DNA of 40,121 bases from assembly GCA_964413555.1 (NCBI GenBank), contig CAYPTK010000002.1, positions 1 through 40,121 of the forward strand, given 5' to 3'. The position numbers and the translations under genes are program-made. The stretch comes from an uncultured Bacteroidales bacterium. Its GTDB lineage: Bacteria > Bacteroidota > Bacteroidia > Bacteroidales > JBBRXJ01. Each line of letters starts with the position of its first letter. Position 1 is the stretch's first letter. This document shows positions 33,020 through 40,121 of this stretch, piece after piece. The notes beneath the pieces are model-generated. The model was not told the origin of the DNA and searched no databases. It saw nothing but the letters and a program-made list of their open reading frames with translations.

Positions 33020-34261
33020 ATGATACTTACAAAACTTAGACTTTTATTTTTAAGCATCCCTGATACAAATTCTGTTGAAAGCAAAAGGGAACATTTAAGA
33101 AACGAATTTGAAGAGTTAAATAACTTTGCTCAATCCGATGAATTGAAGCATTATGAAGAATTAAGAGATTTTGTAAAATCAAATGAATTCAAACAACGTG
33201 TCAGGGCGATCAAAGCACAAAAATTTAAAGATACCCCCGAGAATAATAAATTGCAGCGATATAACCAATTGAAAAAATCAGGCACGATAAAAAAACATTT
33301 AAAGGGTAAGTCATCCGATTCTGAATTAAACAGTAGTCAACAAAGAGAAATACAAGAATACAAGGAATTAGAAAGTTTTATCAATTCAAATGAATTCCGC
33401 CAGGTTGAAAGTTACATGAAGCAATCATCCACAAAAAAATACCAGCAATCCGAAGAATACAAGCAATTACAGGAATTTATACACCTTGACAAATCTGACA
33501 AAATTAAATGGTTTTATAAATTTAAAGATCATTCAAAATTTGATGAATTAAGGAGATGGGAGCTTACATTCAGTGACGAATTTGATGACAGATCATTGGA
33601 TAAAAACAAATGGCTTACAAAATACTACTGGGGCGAAAAAATATTGCATTCAGCATATTCCATGAGTAATGACAAACATCTGGTTACAGATGGAAAAAAT
33701 TTACAATTCGCGAACAGTGCCCTGGAAATCGTAACAAAACACGAAAAAGCTCAGGGAAAAGCATGGCATCCAAAATTCGGATTCCATCCCAAAGATTTCA
33801 GTTACACATCTGGTGTAGTGAACACGGGAGATATTTACAAGCAAAAACATGGTATCATAGAAGCCAAAATCAGTTTTAACAGTAATACACCTATTACACA
33901 AGGTTTCTGGATGGTTGACAATGTCATCCTCCCGCAAATCAATATTGCCAAGCTCAATAACAATAAACTCGAATTAGGACAAATATCCGGTTCAATTGAA
34001 CGGAAAACAATAAACGATCATATTTTCAAGATGAATGGAAGCAAATTTGTAAACCAATTCTTTATCTATACACTCGAATGGGCACCTCACCAACTGATTT
34101 GGAAAATCAATGATAAAGTGATCGTGAAACAAAGAAATACACTTCCTGAAAAAGAGTTGTCGTTATTACTTACCTCGGGTATATTTAATGGTTCTGAACC
34201 TGTTGGTCTGCCATCTTCAATGAAGGTTGACTGGGTACGGTGCTACCAGGAAGCAAGATAA
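33020..34261 (+). CDS. GH16-like (concanavalin-fold) protein with N-terminal helical repeat region; catalytic motif apparently substituted
   Basis: 413 aa. The C-terminal about 235 aa has GH16-like blocks (FSDEFDD..LDKNKW, GIIEAKISF, GFWMV, YTLEWAPHQLIWKIND, MKVDWVRCY). The expected ExDxxE position reads QINIAK. No obvious signal peptide. Confidence 0.65.
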   Translation: MILTKLRLLFLSIPDTNSVESKREHLRNEFEELNNFAQSDELKHYEELRDFVKSNEFKQRVRAIKAQKFKDTPENNKLQRYNQLKKSGTIKKHLKGKSSDSELNSSQQREIQEYKELESFINSNEFRQVESYMKQSSTKKYQQSEEYKQLQEFIHLDKSDKIKWFYKFKDHSKFDELRRWELTFSDEFDDRSLDKNKWLTKYYWGEKILHSAYSMSNDKHLVTDGKNLQFANSALEIVTKHEKAQGKAWHPKFGFHPKDFSYTSGVVNTGDIYKQKHGIIEAKISFNSNTPITQGFWMVDNVILPQINIAKLNNNKLELGQISGSIERKTINDHIFKMNGSKFVNQFFIYTLEWAPHQLIWKINDKVIVKQRNTLPEKELSLLLTSGIFNGSEPVGLPSSMKVDWVRCYQEAR

Positions 34262-34353
34262 CACGTTTTTATCATGGGGATTGTTTAATAATACATTACA
34301 GCAGGCTTATGAAGCCAAAAAAAGGTTCCGTATTATTGATGTAATGGACAACA

Positions 34354-35088
34354 TTATTTAAAATAATCTCTTGCTTCACACGCGGACAGTATAATTTCCG
34401 GGTCCTGTTCTATAGCATTTCCAATAACAATCATATCAGCACCGGCGTCAAACACATTTTTGGCCTGTTTTCCTGTTTTAATACCTCCACCCGTAATCAA
34501 CGGAACTTGAATGTTGTCTTTTACTTCACGAATGACTTGTTCATTCACAACACGTCCTGAGCCACTTCCTGCTTCTAAATATATCATTTTATGCCCCAAC
34601 ATTTCACCTGCTATGGCAGTTGCTATAATAATATCTGTTTTATCTTCAGGAATAGGACAAGTACCACTCATATAGGCAACAGATGTGCTGGAATCATTGC
34701 CAATTAAAATATAACCGGTAGATATCACTTCAATCCCGGATTTGCGCAATATCGGCGCCGCATACACGTGATTCCCAATAAGATATTCCGAATTCCTGCC
34801 TGAAATTAAAGATAAAAGTAAAATGGCATCCGCTTTCCCTGAAATTTGCAATATACTCCCCGGGAAAATAATAACTGGAATATTGGTTTGTTGTTTTACC
34901 ACCTCAATAGTAGATTCAATAAAATCATTCATAAGACTTCCACCAATCATAATAAAATCTACATTGGCCTGATTGGCATAATCTGTTATTTTGGAGGTTT
35001 CATTTAAAGAAACCTTGTCAGGATCAATTAAGATGGCTAAAGATTTTTTGCCACCAGCCTGTTTTGTAATAATATCCTGGTATATCAT
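34354..35088 (-). CDS. Geranylgeranylglyceryl / heptaprenylglyceryl phosphate synthase family protein (PcrB/GGGPS)
   Basis: 244 aa colinear with PcrB/GGGPS: ILIDPDK, IMIGGS, IIFPG, YLEAGSGSG, ITGGGIKT, IVIGNA. The ATG overlaps the upstream PPTase stop as ATGA (35085-35088). Confidence 0.85.
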   Translation of the reverse strand: MIYQDIITKQAGGKKSLAILIDPDKVSLNETSKITDYANQANVDFIMIGGSLMNDFIESTIEVVKQQTNIPVIIFPGSILQISGKADAILLLSLISGRNSEYLIGNHVYAAPILRKSGIEVISTGYILIGNDSSTSVAYMSGTCPIPEDKTDIIIATAIAGEMLGHKMIYLEAGSGSGRVVNEQVIREVKDNIQVPLITGGGIKTGKQAKNVFDAGADMIVIGNAIEQDPEIILSACEARDYFK

Positions 35089-35729
35089 TGGTTATTTTCT
35101 TTACTACTCCACACTACCACGTAATCATCAAATACTTTATATGTTAACCTGTATTCAGTATCGTCCTCCCCGTTTATAAGATGTGCATAAAATTGACCTT
35201 CCTGACTAAGTTTAAATGGATTAACAAATATATTTTCTTTAAAGCTAATCTTCTTCTTACCATGTATTTTATAAATGGCTTCTTTTGCACTCCAATGTAA
35301 ATATAATAGTATTTTCTGTTCTTTTTGATCCCGGATATTGATATTCTCCTTTTCATTTATAAACCGATGTTGAATACGTTCTATCTTATCAGAGATGTAT
35401 TCTATATCAATACCTACTTTTTTTGTTTTGCTCATAATCATACACGTGAGTTCATTCGAATGGGAAATGCTTATTTCACGTGTACGGTCCTCCAGGAAGG
35501 GTTTATTATTCAGGTAGCAAATACGTGCATTGGCATTGCATAATTCTTTAAGCAAAGCTCTAACACTAAGCCATTCTTTTTTTCTTTTACACGTCTTGAA
35601 TGAAATAAGCCGTTGTATTTCTTCTTCTGACAAATGAAGCTGCTCTTCCAATTCTTCAGTTGTTTCTTCAATTTTCCAACACCCCAAAATACAATCGCCA
35701 TCTACATATGTTTTATACAGAAGTCCCAT
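35085..35729 (-). CDS. 4'-phosphopantetheinyl transferase (Sfp-type)
   Basis: Contains VGIDIEYI (G.D.E) and HWSAKEAIYK (W..KEA..K). I place the start at MGLLYKTY (35729) rather than 35777, which would overlap the end of gldD by 41 nt. Confidence 0.75.
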   Translation of the reverse strand: MGLLYKTYVDGDCILGCWKIEETTEELEEQLHLSEEEIQRLISFKTCKRKKEWLSVRALLKELCNANARICYLNNKPFLEDRTREISISHSNELTCMIMSKTKKVGIDIEYISDKIERIQHRFINEKENINIRDQKEQKILLYLHWSAKEAIYKIHGKKKISFKENIFVNPFKLSQEGQFYAHLINGEDDTEYRLTYKVFDDYVVVWSSKENNQ

Positions 35730-35736
35730 TCTCTTT

Positions 35737-36327
35737 TTATTTGTTTTCCCATTTAAACGTTTCGATGAAATGAACAATGTCTTTCTTTAAAAAATTTATA
35801 ACAGGAGCCAATGAATCTTTATTTGGTTCTGTCATCAGGTAAAGTGCACCACGTATAAAATGCTCATTACTATCAGTCAAAAAAAACTGCACGTTCGATG
35901 CTACATTTCCTTTAATTGTATACATTAATCCATAAACGTCATACTGAGGCTTCCGGTAAAACTGCTCTTCAATTGATTCTGCTTTAACAGTATGTTTATA
36001 TGCAAATGTTCTCGAATCTTCAATATATTTATTCAGGTTATTGTTGATTTTTCTGTAGCTGAGATGTACAGTGCCATCAAATTCAGGAAATATGATATTA
36101 AACCAACATGGATAATTTGTTCGTGTTGTATCTTTTACAATCTTGCTATATTCTGGATATTCAAATACAAACGGGCAGTCATTGACGTATTGGGTATATG
36201 ATTTTTCAGGAAATTCAATTCTATGATATCCAAGAGGTTTTGGAGTATAATTTTTTTTACAACTGGTTGTGAATAAAAAAAATATACTGATTGTAAAAAT
36301 AATAATTAATCTACTTTTCATTTCCAT
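35737..36327 (-). CDS. gldD: Gliding motility / T9SS-associated lipoprotein GldD
   Basis: 196 aa with the lipobox LFTTSC. Conserved GldD blocks: PKPLGYHRIEFP, YKHTVKAESIEE, YTIKGNVASNVQFFLTDSNEHFIRGALY, PNKDSLAPV, DIVHFIETFKW. It sits immediately downstream of gldE, as in Flavobacterium johnsoniae. Confidence 0.85.
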   Translation of the reverse strand: MEMKSRLIIIFTISIFFLFTTSCKKNYTPKPLGYHRIEFPEKSYTQYVNDCPFVFEYPEYSKIVKDTTRTNYPCWFNIIFPEFDGTVHLSYRKINNNLNKYIEDSRTFAYKHTVKAESIEEQFYRKPQYDVYGLMYTIKGNVASNVQFFLTDSNEHFIRGALYLMTEPNKDSLAPVINFLKKDIVHFIETFKWENK

Positions 36328-37633
36328 TGCTCACTTCAGGATTAAAGGTTACTTTGATCTGTTTTATTCTCCTTTCATCAACTGATTCAATTTTAAATGT
36401 AAATTGTTGATAGGTTATAATATCATTCTTTACAGGAAGTTCACCTTTTAAATTAAGAATAAACCCTGCAAGTGTATCTGCATCTCCTTTATCTTTATCA
36501 AAATAGTCGTCTTTTATTTGAACAACTTTATAAAAGTCATTTAATAATACTTTCCCGTCAAATAAATAATTATATTCATCTAACCGGGAATAGTGTATTT
36601 CTTCCTCTTCTGATTCGTCTTTGATTTCTCCTACAATTTCTTCAAGAATGTCTTCCATTGTAACAATTCCATAAGTACCCCCGTACTCATCATTGATAAT
36701 GGCCATATGTGTTTTATTTGCCTGGAAACCATTTAACAGGTCATTAATCTTTTTTGTTTCAGGCACATAATAAGCAGGACGAATCATATTTTGCCATTTA
36801 TATTCTTCTTTGTGCTGGTAAATAGAAGGCAATAGATCTTTTATGTACAGGATTCCTATAATATCATCAAAACTTTCTGAATAGACAGGTAATCGAGAAT
36901 ACCCGGATTCAATAATTACATTAACAAGGTCTTTAAAATTCGTATTCACGTCAACAGCTACTACATCTACCCTGGATTTCATTATTTCTTTAACATTGGT
37001 ATCACCAAACCGCATTATTCCGTTTAAAATATTGGCATCATTCGACTGTGGTGTTGATAAGTCAAGCATTTCTGAAAGGTCTTCTATTGAAATGTTTGAT
37101 TTATTTAAATTTCTGATTTCTGATATATTGGATGGAAGAAATATGTAAAACGGCCGCAATAATTTGCCCATGAAAACAACCGGGTAAACAGCAATTGACA
37201 GGATTCCCGTGGTTCGGTTTTGAATAACCCGGGCAGGCAACAGTTCTCCTGTTAAAAGCAATAATATAGTTAGTAAAACAATTTCTATTAATATAGCAAG
37301 TCCGAAAAATGCAAAACCACTTCCAAAATAAAGGGTTAATAGCGTGGCAACAATAATAATTCCAGTAATTAAAAAAATTTTTAAAGTAATAAATGCAGAG
37401 GTGAATAATTTAGGATTTTGACAGCATGCCAGTACCAATTTTGATGATTTGGTTTCTTGTTCTTCCAATTCATTAATATTATCGGGTGTAAGTGATGAAA
37501 AAGCCATTTCAGCACACATCACGAAGCCATATACAAGAAGCAACACGATTAATAATATTACTTCAATAATAATCGCCTGTCCCGATAAAAAATACTGCAA
37601 TATGTATTGATCCACTAAAGGTTCTGCTTCCAA
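36311..37633 (-). CDS. gldE: GldE (CNNM/TlyC-type membrane protein with CBS pair and CorC_HlyC domain)
   Basis: 440 aa with an N-terminal DUF21-like 4-TM region, a tandem CBS region, and a C-terminal transporter-associated domain. It is adjacent to gldD. Confidence 0.8.
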   Translation of the reverse strand: MEAEPLVDQYILQYFLSGQAIIIEVILLIVLLLVYGFVMCAEMAFSSLTPDNINELEEQETKSSKLVLACCQNPKLFTSAFITLKIFLITGIIIVATLLTLYFGSGFAFFGLAILIEIVLLTILLLLTGELLPARVIQNRTTGILSIAVYPVVFMGKLLRPFYIFLPSNISEIRNLNKSNISIEDLSEMLDLSTPQSNDANILNGIMRFGDTNVKEIMKSRVDVVAVDVNTNFKDLVNVIIESGYSRLPVYSESFDDIIGILYIKDLLPSIYQHKEEYKWQNMIRPAYYVPETKKINDLLNGFQANKTHMAIINDEYGGTYGIVTMEDILEEIVGEIKDESEEEEIHYSRLDEYNYLFDGKVLLNDFYKVVQIKDDYFDKDKGDADTLAGFILNLKGELPVKNDIITYQQFTFKIESVDERRIKQIKVTFNPEVSNGNEK

Positions 37634-37675
37634 TAGGATGGATTTATGTTATAACAAATAAGTTGATAAGTGCAT

Positions 37676-38104
37676 TTAAAAAGGCAAATCATCTGTTTCA
37701 TTATCAGCTTCCTGATCAAACTGAGGTGCAGATTCTTCCATTTCTTCCTGGTATGATTCTGCTCCTTCACCAGTTTGTTTTTTACCCAGCATTTGCATAT
37801 TATCAACAATCACTTCGGTAATATATCTCTTGTTTCCTTCTTTGTCGTCATATGAACGTGTACGGATTTTGCCTTCCAGGTAAAGTAAATCCCCCTTCTT
37901 TACATATTTTTCTGCAATTTCAGCTAATTTCCGCCAAAGAATTATATTATGCCACTCTGTATTTTTTACATTCTCACCACTCCTGTTTTTATATTTTTCA
38001 TTCGTAGCTAAAGGGAATTTGCATAAGGCAACTCCACTATCCAAATAACGTGTTTCAGGTTCTTTGCCTACATTTCCTACAAGTATGACTCTATTTACTG
38101 ACAT
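37676..38104 (-). CDS. ssb: Single-stranded DNA-binding protein
   Basis: 142 aa. The OB fold begins NRVILVGNVGKEPE. The tail is acidic and ends in the canonical DDLPF tip. Confidence 0.95.
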   Translation of the reverse strand: MSVNRVILVGNVGKEPETRYLDSGVALCKFPLATNEKYKNRSGENVKNTEWHNIILWRKLAEIAEKYVKKGDLLYLEGKIRTRSYDDKEGNKRYITEVIVDNMQMLGKKQTGEGAESYQEEMEESAPQFDQEADNETDDLPF

Positions 38105-38172
38105 ATTTTATATTTTTTAAATTCATAAAAAAGAGATACAAGGATACAAATTTTTATGGTAAAAGCAAAAGA

Positions 38173-39240
38173 TTATGAAAAATATTTAGCATACTTTGTT
38201 TTTTTTATATAACGATCTAATAGCCTTGGTATTGCAAACCCTCTCAACTTATTAAACGGAATCCGTTGATATTGATTGCCTGATTCAATCAAAGGTTCGT
38301 CTAAATGTATATGATAAAATACAGCATGAATTTTTTGATGGGATAATTGATGTTCAACCGGTTCAGAAACCTTATTCAAGATATATTTTTTATTTCTAAA
38401 AACCGCTTCCCATTCGGACAAATCCTGAATATTTTTCTTGTTCATTTTTTCACGTGTTTCAATAAGTGGAAATTCATATAAAGAATTCCATATATCTTTT
38501 TGTTCGCGTTGGTTTAAATATAAACTATCATTAAATTGTACAATCAAATAATTAAAATGCCTGTGCCGAATTTTTGCTTTCTTATTTTTAACCGGTAATT
38601 GTTCTATTAATTGTTCTTCACGTGCTAAACAATCCATCGCGATAGGACAATCATTACACGAGGGGTTTCGCGGGTTACAAATCAGTGCTCCTATTTCCAT
38701 AATGGCCTGGTTAAATAAATCAGGTGGTTGGTCGTTCATTAAATCCAGTGCATAATTGCTAAATATTTTCTTCCCGGCAGATGTATTAATAGTTTCATAT
38801 ACTTTATAAAAACGGGCTATCACGCGTTCAACATTTCCATCAAGAACGGGAACACGCTCGCCAAATGAAAATGAAGCAATGGCAGCTGCAGTATAAGGGC
38901 CTATCCCTTTTAGTTTTAAAAGATCCTTGTAAGTCCCGGGAAATGTGCCATTGTTATGATATTTTATGAATCGTGCTGTAGAATGCATATTTCTTGCCCT
39001 GGTATAATATCCAAGCCCCTGCCATATTTTCAATACTTCTTCAATTTTGCTTTCTGCAAGTGATTCTATATCAGGAAATTTTTCCACAAAACGATAGTAA
39101 TAATCAATTCCCTGATCTATACGGGTCTGTTGCAAAATAATTTCAGAAACCCATATCAAATAAGGTGTTGTTGTTGTTCGCCAGGGCAAATCTCTTTTAT
39201 TCTTTTCGTACCACTCTATTAATCGTTGTGAAGGTGTCAT
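38173..39240 (-). CDS. mutY: A/G-specific adenine DNA glycosylase MutY
   Basis: Has an HhH-GPD fold (LPWR, ILQQTR, LKGIGPYTAAAI), a 4Fe-4S loop C-x6-C-x2-C-x5-C (CNPRNPSCNDCPIAMDC), and a C-terminal NUDIX-like domain. I prefer the start MTPSQRLIEWY (39240). The ORF track extends to 39282. Confidence 0.9.
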   Translation of the reverse strand: MTPSQRLIEWYEKNKRDLPWRTTTTPYLIWVSEIILQQTRIDQGIDYYYRFVEKFPDIESLAESKIEEVLKIWQGLGYYTRARNMHSTARFIKYHNNGTFPGTYKDLLKLKGIGPYTAAAIASFSFGERVPVLDGNVERVIARFYKVYETINTSAGKKIFSNYALDLMNDQPPDLFNQAIMEIGALICNPRNPSCNDCPIAMDCLAREEQLIEQLPVKNKKAKIRHRHFNYLIVQFNDSLYLNQREQKDIWNSLYEFPLIETREKMNKKNIQDLSEWEAVFRNKKYILNKVSEPVEHQLSHQKIHAVFYHIHLDEPLIESGNQYQRIPFNKLRGFAIPRLLDRYIKKTKYAKYFS

Positions 39241-39430
39241 ATATAATATGTTAAATATTATTAAAACATTTAATAATCTCACTTATTGTCTTCCAGCGGT
39301 TATAGATTTGTTTTAACCCGAAAAATTCACCGCGAAACGATAAAGATCGATATAAAACACGATTAATAAACCTCTTGGCTTTCTGCAACCCTTTTGTTTG
39401 TTAACCCAAATTTGGGGTAATGCTTACCAT

Positions 39431-39438
39431 TATCTTTG
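39431..39438 (+). promoter_or_regulatory. Candidate -7 box (TATCTTTG, followed by CAC) upstream of recX
   Basis: Exact TAnnTTTG, identical over 11 nt (TATCTTTGCAC) to the rpsP box. It lies 140 nt upstream of the preferred recX ATG. A TTTG occurs 16 nt upstream. Confidence 0.4.
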
Positions 39439-39454
39439 CACATCTGCTTCGTTG

Positions 39455-39481
39455 CTAAGCCCTTGATGTCCGCGGGCTTAG
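39455..39481 (+). promoter_or_regulatory. GC-rich stem-loop in the predicted recX 5' leader
   Basis: CTAAGCCC (39455-39462) pairs with GGGCTTAG (39474-39481) around an 11-nt loop TTGATGTCCGC. This is the most GC-rich non-coding stretch in the window. Confidence 0.4.
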
Positions 39482-39577
39482 GCGCCTTGCATCTGCACAA
39501 AGCTAATGGTATGAATGTTCCGGGTTAAATCATTGTCTGTCCTTGTTTTTTATAAATTTGTACATATTTCACAACCT

Positions 39578-40057
39578 ATGACCAAACAAAATATAACATA
39601 TAAACAGGCCATCGTTAAAGCCGCTCGATTATGCAGCAAAGGGGAAAAATGCACGGATGATATCCGCGAAAAACTTTTGCAATGGGGAATTGAAAAACAA
39701 AACATTTCTTCAATCATAGAACAACTAAAAAAAGAACGGTTTATTAATGACGAACGGTATGCTTTGTTATTTGCTCAAAGCAAAGTAAGACAAAATAAAT
39801 GGGGCAAGATAAAAATTGCATATGCTATGAAACAAAAAAATTTGCCAGAAGATGTTATCAATAAATCATTGAAGAGGATTGACGATCAGGAATATAAAGA
39901 TATACTCGCGAATGTATTACAAAAAAAATTTCATTCTCTTCAAGACGTTGAAGATGCATATACAATCAAAAACAAACTCATACAATATGCTCTGAATAAA
40001 GGATTTGAAAACAACATAGTGCATGAAGCCATAGCTTCAATAATCAAAAAATATTAA
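39578..40057 (+). CDS. recX: RecX family regulatory protein
   Basis: About 159 aa from MTKQNITYKQA, with three-helix repeat RecX-like blocks (AARLCSKGEKCTDDIREKL, ERFINDERYA, KWGKIKIAYAMKQKNL). The ORF-track start 39515 adds a hydrophobic extension that looks non-coding. Confidence 0.75.
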   Translation: MTKQNITYKQAIVKAARLCSKGEKCTDDIREKLLQWGIEKQNISSIIEQLKKERFINDERYALLFAQSKVRQNKWGKIKIAYAMKQKNLPEDVINKSLKRIDDQEYKDILANVLQKKFHSLQDVEDAYTIKNKLIQYALNKGFENNIVHEAIASIIKKY

Positions 40058-40064
40058 CATTTTT

Positions 40065-40121
40065 TTACAGAACATCATGAATTCCTTTTTTTCCCAGTGT
40101 TTTAATCATAGCAGGGTGTTG
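40065..40121 (-). CDS. 3' end of an unidentified minus-strand gene (body outside the window)
   Basis: The reverse strand reads QHPAMIKTLGKKGIHDVL then TAA (40065-40067). It is too short to identify. Confidence 0.25.
   Translation of the reverse strand, partial: QHPAMIKTLGKKGIHDVL

Noticed and set aside
35174-37809. Small ORFs 35174..35356, 35325..35543, 35510..35701, 35992..36201 and 37615..37809
   Set aside because: Each lies within or antisense to a well-supported gene (PPTase, gldD, ssb/gldE junction). Their composition is typical of AT-rich out-of-frame translation (K/I/F/Y-rich).
39283-39577. The mutY-recX spacer as a known housekeeping RNA (RNase P RNA, SRP RNA, 6S or tmRNA)
   Set aside because: I found none of the universal motifs by eye: no GAGGAAAGUCC-type RNase P core, no SRP domain IV GGAA/AGCA pattern, and no tRNA-like tmRNA end. 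The structured part is also too short for RNase P or tmRNA.

Overview
This is a 40.1-kb AT-rich chromosomal segment with clear Bacteroidota hallmarks: gldD/gldE, T9SS C-terminal sorting domains, TAnnTTTG -7 promoter boxes, and an S16 protein with a charged tail. Gene content, left to right: the 3' end of efp; a GAF-PP2C phosphatase; a minus-strand envelope-polysaccharide operon (Wzz-like, acyl-CoA carboxyltransferase, second Wzz-like paralog, Wzy/O-antigen-ligase-like); cvpA-tyrS; tRNA-Arg(CCU); and a 2033-aa thioester (CTEQ) alpha-2-macroglobulin. Next come two giant T9SS cargo genes. One carries an 8-unit PKD-like array. The other carries an SBBP-type beta-propeller plus SprB repeats and is interrupted by a single in-frame TAA. 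These are followed by a GT-C glycosyltransferase; a LysM/periplasmic-binding fusion; purC; phoH; a DUF62 SAM hydroxide adenosyltransferase-like gene; mazG; rpsP-rimM; a hotdog thioesterase; and a GH16-like protein whose catalytic ExDxxE appears replaced by QINIAK. The window ends with a tightly packed mutY-ssb-gldE-gldD-PPTase-GGGPS(PcrB-like) operon, recX, and a short 3' gene fragment. No CRISPR array, transposase, integrase, phage module or recognisable defence system was seen. The signals most worth follow-up are: (1) two homologous structured intergenic elements that bracket rpsP-rimM, sharing a 36-nt 3' block and an inner stem that differs around a conserved loop; (2) a shared C-terminal stalk module in the two T9SS cargo genes, containing a 20-aa peptide that is invariant despite 11 synonymous codon differences; (3) the in-frame stop in the propeller adhesin; (4) a 31-bp tandem duplication abutting the PKD gene start; (5) a repeat-dense 337-bp mutY-recX spacer. 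All functional calls rest on motif recognition from the translated ORFs. No database search was possible.
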